NCBI RefSeq assembly: GCF_000981445.1
Contig: NC_027218.1
Coordinates: 3,038,001-3,102,000, forward strand
DNA length: 64,000 nt
Origin: Babesia bigemina
Taxonomy: Eukaryota
Direction of reading: 5' to 3'
Each line of letters starts with the position of its first letter. The stretch's first letter is position 1. The position numbers were made by a program, and so were the translations under genes. The notes under the pieces were generated by a model. That model was not told where the DNA came from. It worked only from the letters and a program-made list of their open reading frames with translations, and did no database searches. This document shows, in pieces, positions 33,601 through 42,570 of the stretch.

Positions 33601-36600
33601 GTCAGCAACATTGTCCGGCAACCCAGATGATATCTGCACGGGTACACCGCAACAGACACATTTGCTGTTGAGGGTCACAGAATAATGAACTCCGGAGACA
33701 TTGCACTGTTGCATGTGACTGAAGTCAATGTATCCCATTTTGTCCGATTCGGCCTGCATATCCCCACCAGACGCCGCCTCTTTGTCGAACTTCAGCAGAT
33801 TCCTGAGCAACAAATCCTCCTCGGGCAATCGGGACAGCACAAACAACCCTTGGTGTGGGTAATGGAAATTGCGAGACATGCTTTCCCTATCACGCTTAAC
33901 ATCATCTCGACATGTGAACATTCCAGTTCCGTCAAAGTTCCACGAAACCACCTCTGTTTCAACGCTGTTCCCTTTTGCTGCCACCGACGGTATTGTGCCG
34001 AAATCCTCGTGAGCGAATTCCACGTACGATACAGGTTTGTTAAAATCACCGGGTGCCCAGGTTGCTGCAAGATTTTTGCGTGGCGGCTGCGCACTATCCG
34101 CCGGGTCGTTCGAGAAGCGATTCACGGTTGGATTAGTCGCTGTTTGGGGCCCTAAATAACCGCCTGAAGCAGTTCTCATAGACCGTTCCCCACTATACAC
34201 TCCACCGTCTCTCATGCTCTGGATATTGGAAACCATTGGAGCAGAACTATTCGCGACGGTGGCCCCAGCCGCCATCCTACAATCCCATGTCGCGGCAGCT
34301 GGCTTATCACCTCTGACCCCGCCAACATCATGGCAAGGAAAGTCCTTAGGCGGTGTGGAAGTAGCGTTGTCAACCATAGGATAGGGATAAGCACGTTGAA
34401 TTGATGCGGCGGCACTGAGACCCGTCGGCCGAGCATCCACCGGACGCAATTGTGGGGCAGTTGGGGTTTTGAATTCAACTGCATCACCCTCGTCCCAGTC
34501 AAGGGTACCATCGCTTTTGAACTTGCTGGTACGTGACGGTGTGGCGTCCTCCGTATGCTCAAAATCGGGAGGACGATCACGCCCTGACGAAAGGGAAGGG
34601 CATGTATGAGGCTGTGCACCAACACCCACGCGTTCAGACCCTTCGACCTTTATAGGGGTTTGGGCAGCAGAGTCGGCCAGAACGTCACCCTTCCTATCTA
34701 CGTCCACAGGAAGCCCTGTAATGACACCTTTGTCAGCATTCCACTTTCCAACATCGTCACCTCCCAGAGGGGGGTCCTCCATCGCTATATAGTCATCCCT
34801 AGGGGAGGAGACATAGTTCCGGCTGTTGGGAGAATAATCATATGACCTGCGCACTTCATTGCCACCGTAGGCATTCGAACTTTGCATCGGCGCCATTTTT
34901 AAAAAGCTCACTCGATCTGCACTGCGGGTTGCGCGTTCATCTAAGCTCTCCCCGTAAGCATGTCCCTGGGTTTCATAAATACGGCGGCCATATGATCCAG
35001 CGGGTTCAGACATGGCCAGATTTTCGGGCTGGCCACAGGAGATGCGCCTTGGGAAATTCGTCTGCGGTTGGGCCCCAAAATCCGCACGGACCACCGCGTA
35101 CTCCATCTGGCCCACAGGAGCAGGAGGCAACACGTTAGGTTGTGGAGGAAGAACCTGCACCAAGTTGCGAGATGCCACTTGAAGACCGTCGTCAACCCTC
35201 ATTGAGATAGAACTCGTCGGAGGATATTCTGGAACACGAGCCATAGACGGCACCTCATTGGGCATAAAGGCGACAGGGGCAGTGACGCTCCTGCCTGCGG
35301 GTAGTTGGCAAGAGACAGCACGCAAATCGATCTCAGATTCTCCAGGGTTGTAACCAACAGGGGAATTGGCCTTGTTGCTGACACTCTTCACAGGGTTACC
35401 TGCACCAATGGGGGCATGAGGCGAGTTCTTCACCTGCTCCATCAGGCATTTGTAATGCAAGGCGACGCCACAAAATACGCATCTAACGCCATATACTGGG
35501 TAATTGTAGTCCGCAAAAAATGCACAAGGGCGCATAACTTCATCGTTGGCACCCTTGGATTGGCGATTCGCTGGAGCATCCTTTCGAATATTGTCGACAT
35601 TGGTAGCCAACCTCTGAGAATACGTTTCACCTAACAGCCGAGATGCATCAGTCGCGCGTGGTTGATCAGGTTCTGTGCGCTCAGCCTCCTGCTGATTTTT
35701 CTTATCAGCGGGCGAAACGAATACATACCCTAGGCCGAGTTCCATCCTCCTTCTGTATGCCTCAGCGCTTCTACCGCACCCCATGCTGTTGTGTAACGCC
35801 TTCGCGAGCTTGAAGCTGGTGCTATTGAGCAGCCCGGGGATCCACCCAAGGGCATGTGCGAACTTGAAGTCGTTGACGTTGCTCAGGTCATACAGATGGT
35901 TGCCCACCATACGGCAGGTGCACGTGTCGCAGAAGGCGCAATTCGCGCAGAAGAAGTTGCTGTAGTCCGCGAACGGCGGTGGGAATATAAAGCCGACACA
36001 GTAATAGTGGAAGGCCTCACCACAACTGTGGCAGAAAATCATGTACGACGGGAACGCGCTGGAGCCACACGCCACGCAAAACTCAAGCCATATGCCGTCT
36101 GTGTACAACGCAGCATCGGTGCATAGGGCGCGCAATGCATCCATGAAGCACCGGTCTGAGACGTGCAAAACCTCGCTGTCGTATCGGCCCTGGACCATAG
36201 TGCTGTCGAAGAGATACAGTGTCTTCGATTTCACCAGCCGTTCCAAGTCCTCTTTTCGGCTGTCAGAAATCGAAAAGCGGAACCGGGGCGCATTGACCGG
36301 GCTAATGGCATTCAACATCGGATAATCCAGCCCGCACGGGGTAACAGGAACAGGGAACATCTTCTCCACCACGTTAGCGTCAAAGAAGAAGTCTGGACAC
36401 CCCAGGTGTGTTATAAGATGGTGTTCATCCAGAAACTTCAAACTGTTCTCAAGCCTCTTCGCTTGCATCTGCTGGTAATAACGCAAGCGTGCGATGTGCG
36501 ATTTACGGTGCGCGTTAAGTTTGGCGCTCACCACGTCGATGTCGAACTCCCCAGTGCCATCGCCGTTCATGAAATAGTCAAGATCCTCCAAATTGAGCGA

Positions 36601-39600
36601 GGAGTCTCCTAGTCCCTTCTGATCCTGGTCTATCATGTCGGCATCGCCGACATGTTTGGTCATCTTGTTGCGCAGCATCTCGAAACTCACACGATTCAAC
36701 CCACGTTTCAAAATGGAAGCGATGTCGTTATCGGAAATGCCCAGGATGCTACACAGTAGCTGCTTGCAACGGACTTCGAAGTTAATGGCGTTCCTGTACA
36801 CTTTGGTGTTGGGCATGTTTACCGTCTTCGTGTTGTGAGAGATGACCATAACGTCAAACACAAAGTCCTCCACGGTTTTGTATTGGCCACATTCCACTTT
36901 GTTCCTTATCGTTATCAGATCCATCGGGCACTTCACCAGGCGCCAGTACACGGTGCACGTACGGGGCATAGGGTAGCGGAAGTTGCCGGAACGCTCGGTG
37001 TTGAAAACCAACTCTAGCACGCGGAAAATGCGATGCAACTTGTTAGGGTTACGGCAGATCAGACACGTATACTTCCTGTGCTTGTTTGAGCCGGACATGG
37101 ACAGTTCGAGTGCTAAGCGATCGCACTCAAGGTGCACCCACAGCTTGCAGGTGTCGCACTGCATCCAGTGGTAGGAGACGTTGTCCAGCGGGGTCCAAAT
37201 GCGGTAACAGACGCCGCAATAGTTATTCTTCTCGAACGCCTGCCAGCATCGAAGACAGAACAGGAAGAACAGGCCCCAGTTCATGTAGTCAGGCTCGGCA
37301 GAGTCGCGGTACCCACAACATATGCACTGAAGGCATGCCTCACAACGCCAAGATTCCAAAAACGACAGGTCCGGGATTGCAGGGTTGCAGCACGCCTTGT
37401 GGGCGGCGACGTTGCACGAGACGCACCGCACAAAGTCGATCAGCGGCCGCCCCTTCGTTTTCATGTTCAATCGCTCTAGTTTCTCGCTCAAAGACGGTGG
37501 ATACAACAGGTCATAATTGCTGCGCCGACTTGTGTTCATGATCGCCATGCTACACGGGGTCTGGTTTTCATCTTCTTCGGAAACAGTGACCTTTTCGCAG
37601 CAGTACATGCACACAGTGCACTCGTCGCACTTCCACGGCTGCCGATCGCCGTGCTGCAAATACGGCACAAGCAGAATCGGCGGCTCTTCAAACGATACAT
37701 CATCCAGTTGGAGTGATGAGCAGCTAGGAGCATCGGCTGCATTGACGCACATCCCAGTGACCGGGGATGATTGAGTGGGAGAACCGTCGCCCGTTGCTTC
37801 TACGGCTGCAGGACTGGAAATAACCGGCTTGTCGGGTTCCTCACGGACGTCAGACATCAAATCTGACAGCGACAACGGCAAGCCCACACTCTCGTTAGAT
37901 TCAGGATAGTTTTCATACTCCAACTTGACCCTGGCAGGGGGGGTGGCTGTCTGCACTTCAGACGTTGCGTTGGAGGGCGAATCTTCCTGCAGCACAGAAT
38001 GAACCGGACTCTTTGAATCCTCCATCTTCACATCGTTGTGTTCCACTGGCGCCGATGTGCCGCGATTAGGTGCTGGTTTTCCTGCAGGGCGACGTTGCCG
38101 ACTTGGGCGCATGGAACGCGAACTGGCGTACTTCGGGTCATAGTGCTCTTCATACCACTCTGACGGCACTTCAGGGGACAATTTCCTAGGAAATGCGGAA
38201 CTCGTAGTGGCATCTTCCTCCGAGATATCATCACACGGGTCGTAGTCGGCGCGGTAGTGGTTCATCGGCGTCAACCCAGGCCTCATCACAGCAAAAGTAC
38301 CATACAGTCGACACATGTAAGAGTGATGAGCGTAGCGACGCTTGATATGCTCGGGGTCTGCCCACGGCGGACCTTTGGTGAGGTGGAAATACGGCAAACA
38401 CCTGGCGTGGCATGCCTTGCCACAATCAGAGCAACGAAGGCCCCAGTAAACCACCTTAAACTGCGTATTCGAGGTTACTTTGTTCTTGTATCCACATACG
38501 TACCGCAACCAAACTATCAACTTCACACAAAGTGCAGTGATCAAACGGTTGCACGAACGGATGCCGTCGGGAAACGTGTTACCCATCACCAGGTTGGCTA
38601 TGTCCATGTTCTCCTTAATCAAATAGTACACCTGTTTCTCTTCCAAGTAGCCTATATCATACACGGCGGCAGACTGTGTATGGATGGGGCTGTTGAAGGC
38701 AGCATTGGGGTGCTCCATAATGCCTAACAAGGAATGCAGCAGATCCGCAAGCGACAACGTGTCGTCGGCGTTTGTAACGGATTTTCGTGCGCCTTCAGTT
38801 TCAAGTTCATCGTAGAAGCGCGATATCTTTTCATTGCAGATGCTACAGACAACGTGGCCCTCTTGCGGCGTTGATGCATCGGGATCGGACGTTTGTGCCG
38901 GCGCATCGACCGCAATCGCTTCAGAAGGCCAAAGCTGATCGGAACTATTTGCCTGTGTAGTATAGTCACTTGTATCGCCCGTGTCCACATCCATATCTGA
39001 CAACGTGCTTGTTGGAGCGAGGGAACCGTCAACCGGGTCCTCGTCACACGAGTACTGACTTGGAAGCTGGTATGAAGGCAAGCTGATATTCAAGTCAACG
39101 CTGACCGCCAAATTATCATCGAACTGGCCGCTTGAAGACCAGGTTGTGGCAGACTGTTCAGACTTTTCTTCCAAGGTCGGCTGCGTGGCATTGGCATTCG
39201 CATTCGCATCGGCAGTCAGTGCATCTGTCGATTGTAAACCCTGATGTGTAACATCGGAATCTACGTCATCGCATTCCTCAGTTTTAACATCAACAACCAC
39301 ACTCTCATTGGCACGCTCTCCGGTTGATTCGCTGGCCTCGGTGACGGGAGCTCCCATTGGAAACCAACCAGAGGGGTGAAAGACCTTGTTGCAGTTCATT
39401 AGATACACATCAAAAGTGCACGTTTCTATCCATACCGCAGTTGAATCCAACACCTCGTCGAGCGATTTCGATTTGAACAAATTTGACAAATTACCCTTCA
39501 AATCAAGACAAAATTCCTCCTTCAAATGGTGGACGAAGAAAACGTGCCACTTGGGATCCCAAAACTTAATCACTGCAACCCTCCAGGGGTTTTCTACCAC

Positions 39601-42570
39601 CTGCTGTTTCTTGCTTTCACGCCCTTTAGCCGGGACTTTCGTGGTGATAATCTTGCGGTACCGAACGCAATAACCAATGTAGTCGAACCCGTCATACTCA
39701 TCGAAAATATCTAATGGAGCACCAAATGCGGATTTTGGCAGTTCGCTCTCTCCTTTAGACGCATTTCCAAGCGAAGCACTGCTATCACCTGGAGGTGGAT
39801 CGGACCGGCGCCCCTGTCTAGGCATTGCCTTCCTCAAGCGGGATTGCGCTACGACGCCCCTGTTAGAACGCTTATCGCCGTCCATCGCGTTTGCCGACGC
39901 AGATTTGTTGAAGTCACCATATCGTCTGCCACGTGGCGACGGTGCGTCATCGGCGCTGTTTGGTACGCTCTCCGTTCGTTTCATTCTAGGCCCATGTGAC
40001 GTACGATACAAACCTACACCTGAAGACTTGGGTGCAACTTCAGTTTGGTGTCGAGTCTTGCCGTCATCTACGATGTTCCCGCTTGCATGTTCAGGTCTAA
40101 ATTTCTTCTTGGGCGGAGAGCCACCGACACTGTCAGATGACTGATACCCGGCATCCGTATTCACTATGGGGTGATCATCTGACGCCTCAATATGTTCCGT
40201 GCCTTCCTCGAACAGTGACAAATCACGGCCCTTTTCGTCTTCATCATTGGCGGCCGTGTTGATGCCGGTCGCCGAATCCCCTGCTTCGCGTTGAGGCGTG
40301 TTGCTCACCGATGAATCATCAGTCAGATCACCAACATCTATAGAGTTCTTCCTTGACGGGCTGGTAGGGGGACTTTCACTTTTCGGACTATCAACGGTTT
40401 TAGAGGACGACAAAGACCTCCGTTTGCGGCGGCTGGACACTGTGCTCTGTTCAGACCTCCTGGATCTAGTCCGTCTTCGGGGGGCAGTAGGTGTGGCATC
40501 TGCAGCTTGCTTATCATACGTCGAATCGGGTGAAATGCCAGTGAGCCTACTGCTGCGTCGAGGAGTCACACGGGAATGTTTGATAGGATAATCCAAATCT
40601 GATCCATCCTTAGAGTCTTCACTTGTGTTACCCGCATCAACGTTTGAGAGCGAGCTGCTCGACCCGTTACCCGCCGTACGTTTGCTCCCTCGCGGCCTCC
40701 CCCGGCGACGGCGTGATACAATGTCGACATCACCGTCGGTTGAAGTAAGCATGAGCGATGATGCACTGGGTGTGTAGTGCATTTCGACTTCCTCGGGGTC
40801 ATCCGCTGCCTGCGTGCGGGGCGGTGGGGAGCCCTTTTCACGTGCTGCGCCCTGCACAAATGGGACCAAGGCGTTCAGACGCATATAAGTGGAATCTTTC
40901 TTGCTCTTACGGATTACAAGAGAGCCTCTCTTGTTAAACTCCTTCATGGGTATCAAGCTACCGCCTGTGAGCAGCTCCTTCATGAAGGCGCATGTCATGC
41001 AAAGTAGTTGTACATCGTCCTTTCGAGAACCTGATGTACAACATAGTTCAATGGGGATGCTGTTACCTGCCACATCAAGCGCGCAATCTGCACCGCTTGT
41101 TGGCTGAATCTTAAGCAGGGTACGCATTATTAAGTTGCGAAACGCAAAGGACATCTGGGATCCCTGCTTCACCAAAGTGTGGTCGTACTCGTACACGCCC
41201 TCTCCAGAAACCAAATTGCGCAGAGTTGGACGAATGACGCCATCTACTACCGGCAGAACCAGCCCCAAAGTGCAATTGACCAACGATGTGGCCGGACCGA
41301 AGGAGTGCCCTCCCCGTGCTTGGGGCGAGTACACCCCATAGTTGTAATCTTGCGCATGGGACGGCGATTTAACACCCATCGGCCTGTTCGATTCCGTTGA
41401 AGAGCTGCCAGTGTTTCTCCGTTCGTCCGAAATGCGCGGAATACGAATGTCATCGAAGGAGAGGCTAAGTGGGTCGCAGCAGCTGTAAGAGGAGACTCTG
41501 TGGTACTTGAACGAGTCGACCAACGGAGGAGGCCGGCTGTACTTTGCAGCGAACTTGTACTGGCTGCAGTCAAAAGTGCTGATGACGATACACAAATGAT
41601 AGTCGCCATCCTCCTTGTACAGACCAACGTCTCGAATCATGTGAACGACGGGAGTCGTCGCCTCGTGACGTATGTGCGACCTGTCTACCGAAGCGATGAA
41701 CTCATACGGTCCCGGGGCACGGGAGCTGTCATTCGGCAATGGAGGAACGTCTAGGACCGCAGTGACCTGAAAATCGCGCATCCTGGTGAAAGCCACACGA
41801 CCCTCAGCATGGTCGAAGCCTTTTACGCTATAAATACCGTGAAACAAAAATACTTCTCCCTGGACATCCATATATGTCGTTGACCGCGTTTTGGTATTTG
41901 GTACAGTCCAATTGCAGAGCAGCGAAAATAAGAACCGATCGTCGGGTCTGAACGGCGCCGGTCTTTTCAACGACAGCCTGCGTGGAACTCCCTGTTCCAC
42001 CTCATTCATGGACGGGCTATCGTCTGGAGAATCGAATAGGTCGTTTTGTGTCACCTCCGACGCGTTTGGTGCCGTTTGCAAATCAAACTCCTCCGTTGTG
42101 GCATCAGGCCGTGCGCCACTAGCCGGCATATCCACCGCTTGCTCGGATGCAGTAGAAACCGGATCCGGCTCAACCATGTCTGACGATGGCAATGTGGTTT
42201 CACCATGTGGTTCCTCACCGTAATCCTGCACGGCGGCCGGTGGTGTCGACAGCAGTCCCTCGGCGGGGTAATCGCCGTTCGAAGAGTCCATCGAGACCGT
42301 TTCCTCAGCCGAGTACATATCTGATTCACTTTCATCTACTAATTCACCTGCGGCACTGCCAACTGCAACATCCAGCTTTTCTACATCATCAGGAATGCTA
42401 GTGTTGCCAGAGACGCTGGGAATCCGATCTGGCCAATCCATGTTTCCGCTCGACGGCGCGCTGTATATTGCATCAGACGAATCCTGCGGTTCATCTCCAT
42501 GCGGTGGGTTGCCTGATGTGGCATCCTTCTCCTTTCGGAGGCCGTGTGATCCGCTGAACGGACCGCCCAT
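27610..42570 (-). CDS. SET1: SET1/Trithorax-like histone lysine methyltransferase (PHD fingers, bromodomain, extended PHD, FYR-like, SET, post-SET), 4986 aa, apparently a single exon
   Basis: C-terminal SPIHGFGLF, EYVGE, YMFRLD, RFINHSCEPNC, EVTYDYQF and post-SET CHCNSANC. Bromodomain-like YWRLVKCPMDLITI. Several C4HC3 PHD patterns (e.g. CGVC..WMQCDTCKLWVHLEC). Confidence 0.9.
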   Translation of the reverse strand: MGGPFSGSHGLRKEKDATSGNPPHGDEPQDSSDAIYSAPSSGNMDWPDRIPSVSGNTSIPDDVEKLDVAVGSAAGELVDESESDMYSAEETVSMDSSNGDYPAEGLLSTPPAAVQDYGEEPHGETTLPSSDMVEPDPVSTASEQAVDMPASGARPDATTEEFDLQTAPNASEVTQNDLFDSPDDSPSMNEVEQGVPRRLSLKRPAPFRPDDRFLFSLLCNWTVPNTKTRSTTYMDVQGEVFLFHGIYSVKGFDHAEGRVAFTRMRDFQVTAVLDVPPLPNDSSRAPGPYEFIASVDRSHIRHEATTPVVHMIRDVGLYKEDGDYHLCIVISTFDCSQYKFAAKYSRPPPLVDSFKYHRVSSYSCCDPLSLSFDDIRIPRISDERRNTGSSSTESNRPMGVKSPSHAQDYNYGVYSPQARGGHSFGPATSLVNCTLGLVLPVVDGVIRPTLRNLVSGEGVYEYDHTLVKQGSQMSFAFRNLIMRTLLKIQPTSGADCALDVAGNSIPIELCCTSGSRKDDVQLLCMTCAFMKELLTGGSLIPMKEFNKRGSLVIRKSKKDSTYMRLNALVPFVQGAAREKGSPPPRTQAADDPEEVEMHYTPSASSLMLTSTDGDVDIVSRRRRGRPRGSKRTAGNGSSSSLSNVDAGNTSEDSKDGSDLDYPIKHSRVTPRRSSRLTGISPDSTYDKQAADATPTAPRRRTRSRRSEQSTVSSRRKRRSLSSSKTVDSPKSESPPTSPSRKNSIDVGDLTDDSSVSNTPQREAGDSATGINTAANDEDEKGRDLSLFEEGTEHIEASDDHPIVNTDAGYQSSDSVGGSPPKKKFRPEHASGNIVDDGKTRHQTEVAPKSSGVGLYRTSHGPRMKRTESVPNSADDAPSPRGRRYGDFNKSASANAMDGDKRSNRGVVAQSRLRKAMPRQGRRSDPPPGDSSASLGNASKGESELPKSAFGAPLDIFDEYDGFDYIGYCVRYRKIITTKVPAKGRESKKQQVVENPWRVAVIKFWDPKWHVFFVHHLKEEFCLDLKGNLSNLFKSKSLDEVLDSTAVWIETCTFDVYLMNCNKVFHPSGWFPMGAPVTEASESTGERANESVVVDVKTEECDDVDSDVTHQGLQSTDALTADANANANATQPTLEEKSEQSATTWSSSGQFDDNLAVSVDLNISLPSYQLPSQYSCDEDPVDGSLAPTSTLSDMDVDTGDTSDYTTQANSSDQLWPSEAIAVDAPAQTSDPDASTPQEGHVVCSICNEKISRFYDELETEGARKSVTNADDTLSLADLLHSLLGIMEHPNAAFNSPIHTQSAAVYDIGYLEEKQVYYLIKENMDIANLVMGNTFPDGIRSCNRLITALCVKLIVWLRYVCGYKNKVTSNTQFKVVYWGLRCSDCGKACHARCLPYFHLTKGPPWADPEHIKRRYAHHSYMCRLYGTFAVMRPGLTPMNHYRADYDPCDDISEEDATTSSAFPRKLSPEVPSEWYEEHYDPKYASSRSMRPSRQRRPAGKPAPNRGTSAPVEHNDVKMEDSKSPVHSVLQEDSPSNATSEVQTATPPARVKLEYENYPESNESVGLPLSLSDLMSDVREEPDKPVISSPAAVEATGDGSPTQSSPVTGMCVNAADAPSCSSLQLDDVSFEEPPILLVPYLQHGDRQPWKCDECTVCMYCCEKVTVSEEDENQTPCSMAIMNTSRRSNYDLLYPPSLSEKLERLNMKTKGRPLIDFVRCVSCNVAAHKACCNPAIPDLSFLESWRCEACLQCICCGYRDSAEPDYMNWGLFFLFCLRCWQAFEKNNYCGVCYRIWTPLDNVSYHWMQCDTCKLWVHLECDRLALELSMSGSNKHRKYTCLICRNPNKLHRIFRVLELVFNTERSGNFRYPMPRTCTVYWRLVKCPMDLITIRNKVECGQYKTVEDFVFDVMVISHNTKTVNMPNTKVYRNAINFEVRCKQLLCSILGISDNDIASILKRGLNRVSFEMLRNKMTKHVGDADMIDQDQKGLGDSSLNLEDLDYFMNGDGTGEFDIDVVSAKLNAHRKSHIARLRYYQQMQAKRLENSLKFLDEHHLITHLGCPDFFFDANVVEKMFPVPVTPCGLDYPMLNAISPVNAPRFRFSISDSRKEDLERLVKSKTLYLFDSTMVQGRYDSEVLHVSDRCFMDALRALCTDAALYTDGIWLEFCVACGSSAFPSYMIFCHSCGEAFHYYCVGFIFPPPFADYSNFFCANCAFCDTCTCRMVGNHLYDLSNVNDFKFAHALGWIPGLLNSTSFKLAKALHNSMGCGRSAEAYRRRMELGLGYVFVSPADKKNQQEAERTEPDQPRATDASRLLGETYSQRLATNVDNIRKDAPANRQSKGANDEVMRPCAFFADYNYPVYGVRCVFCGVALHYKCLMEQVKNSPHAPIGAGNPVKSVSNKANSPVGYNPGESEIDLRAVSCQLPAGRSVTAPVAFMPNEVPSMARVPEYPPTSSISMRVDDGLQVASRNLVQVLPPQPNVLPPAPVGQMEYAVVRADFGAQPQTNFPRRISCGQPENLAMSEPAGSYGRRIYETQGHAYGESLDERATRSADRVSFLKMAPMQSSNAYGGNEVRRSYDYSPNSRNYVSSPRDDYIAMEDPPLGGDDVGKWNADKGVITGLPVDVDRKGDVLADSAAQTPIKVEGSERVGVGAQPHTCPSLSSGRDRPPDFEHTEDATPSRTSKFKSDGTLDWDEGDAVEFKTPTAPQLRPVDARPTGLSAAASIQRAYPYPMVDNATSTPPKDFPCHDVGGVRGDKPAAATWDCRMAAGATVANSSAPMVSNIQSMRDGGVYSGERSMRTASGGYLGPQTATNPTVNRFSNDPADSAQPPRKNLAATWAPGDFNKPVSYVEFAHEDFGTIPSVAAKGNSVETEVVSWNFDGTGMFTCRDDVKRDRESMSRNFHYPHQGLFVLSRLPEEDLLLRNLLKFDKEAASGGDMQAESDKMGYIDFSHMQQCNVSGVHYSVTLNSKCVCCGVPVQISSGLPDNVADPNGRAMVIDRASPIELGSHMGRYVICAKCKAWRVALKFDGPTLNPRDFLNSFESEDSAGSLFNQTEGGLRKQDEIRLLGSNAIIKAVALVRNWQLFSQNLVKYVGVILMHHMLLHPNPPRPIKTRPSLIAALVSRFLTEEPCRGPLARGRLYSAMAHSPFSPISFLFWADSLRNSDPYDPEIDELFNKVPREFGNLATRSNPMGMPLGPEFNPMPQLNTGLGPMAAIPKGLPLGPTMLLPHPYLEEGAAVPNQTMDGASMPMQSIMLPALVLSNPISPGAYVQPAGGNTLFVDPSAMAQRPVIGTNFDGSNQLHADPRGGVTYISRSDPNQGLNNPIATPPPRQGSASAGPLYGTTTPTSIPYLTYVGGAQMPAPQIGVPITSVGFGGNVDVPLATSVLPGDAVGSVPVLVLTPLTTILPGGAMVAGGVTPGSNVGPYMVPLPQPNMGHAPAAVMQPGGESGVNLCNEPPYAVRTPNFLDSSRMSFDRDVRPPEIHSAPAHLGSYDGVNAPASMPLPLSYSHGSDNMLAAPTPLFPMMSNIDPSPPFWRSKLLSWYVKVLLESNHLVFTYKQIKQTDTNMTDFVFPKPSLNFIDASMGTLGAFYNLRGGWLRFVDYFLQGIRRGYTQSQVGGHPYLRRHIAHIFFTTRHGWEEVHARASELSALMGVRPTLPRLSTLPYVVYNVSFEASTIIWLYHLCKEFVENGDLVMIVNQCSASLDATGCPRLSARSMYLNHYVMVEQSENTEDLHTKSISYANTSYQGGQQQAADPQFNAFKDTSRNMAFRETNLKPLFRYVDKTKDHLDAAFGAKTINVLHGKGLDAWIRLGTSLIVETVSGRAMCGDIDTESFGASAHTRCICDSTVASLSDYSSFEGFGLGDGVNEGAYDVRVKLRNLHLMENIITRRVITRKTAGRVHHTIASDENTACALCNVSFSTLLRGTLLPWRDGYVHSECLLWSLDNAYLPRTYNQHFDTLFLSSCVLKNYLFGIQPKDIYSSMPHRRSRNAYSPYRDGHSVGSSGVESDSLLFNFNLHELHVLPPVTLPDNLVHIVVTTARSAYCAWCREPGATVGCTGTKCEVKFHVTCAFLAANTQMTERLLQLRRESGRRQDTAREIFPVRIYYTRRLLWCATCFHEGVASKLDPTAIGYLIKMNPTQMKTFLALEGLSSSATLISCRQVLQSVRIVPQVIQHCSIDEFFEDSTHYYAVLQAEFNRRLSMMTNDETVPFLLDSIMKPQRSVQSAPLSDILWNKKKRKSCKCNNARLRSPKHYFSFAFCASSVSPFNTLRIPSNERQPTAHFTTNYGLQHNAYFTATKAESGGYSPTGTFTSSGSLVVSFTEGDKRSYQIEDDASELFQHKRVRSDEYHDRTTPIPEGLDGVAGFARLPDNTAEQDRDADVRQEANAGNEIVCERIPQSTSPPGPTLKLRHDPLAHLAFMRQWKLHKLRNAAKSVGKHSSRTSGSYNGTGDAEVGVQLVKRVTPLTSSTNNSAPAASVPPRDLQVHDEGAHMGSDVAAPEPELSYNSATSSETASGSTDVDELVDAFEIENDITESEPLSHPTVTGAPVASGHPTSVATAPPVVEAAEMRVTPTGRLSEHSLPRFGAVTILSVGDGLIFDKGHTAYPAGYTATRIFWNAKQNTLRDPKSRNLTGVCNSSSISCGAPEARSCYLCTVRVRQGMAFFAIGVLVGHEDKEGCKWIAQGYDLDAVFVLFLQEVSVFYTRRFSGADFFGLNSHYVVQELRVRMCKTLLERSSSFFNTRVFHTAMVGQSFSKSENKLRPMNRYGDSAPLEESTGEVVLIDEIISVIDFTGDHPVRLDACEPQLLRARRRRQFGLAIPLTQRRYISNLYAEKRLDVRNSPIHGFGLFVTDEIAAGEPVVEYVGELIRDLVADRREDVYSNEQGGDGSCYMFRLDDQLIVDATRRGSMSRFINHSCEPNCFCRVVICENNLKHIVIYAKFDLKAGDEVTYDYQFGVEDEAQRLRCHCNSANCMGRMN

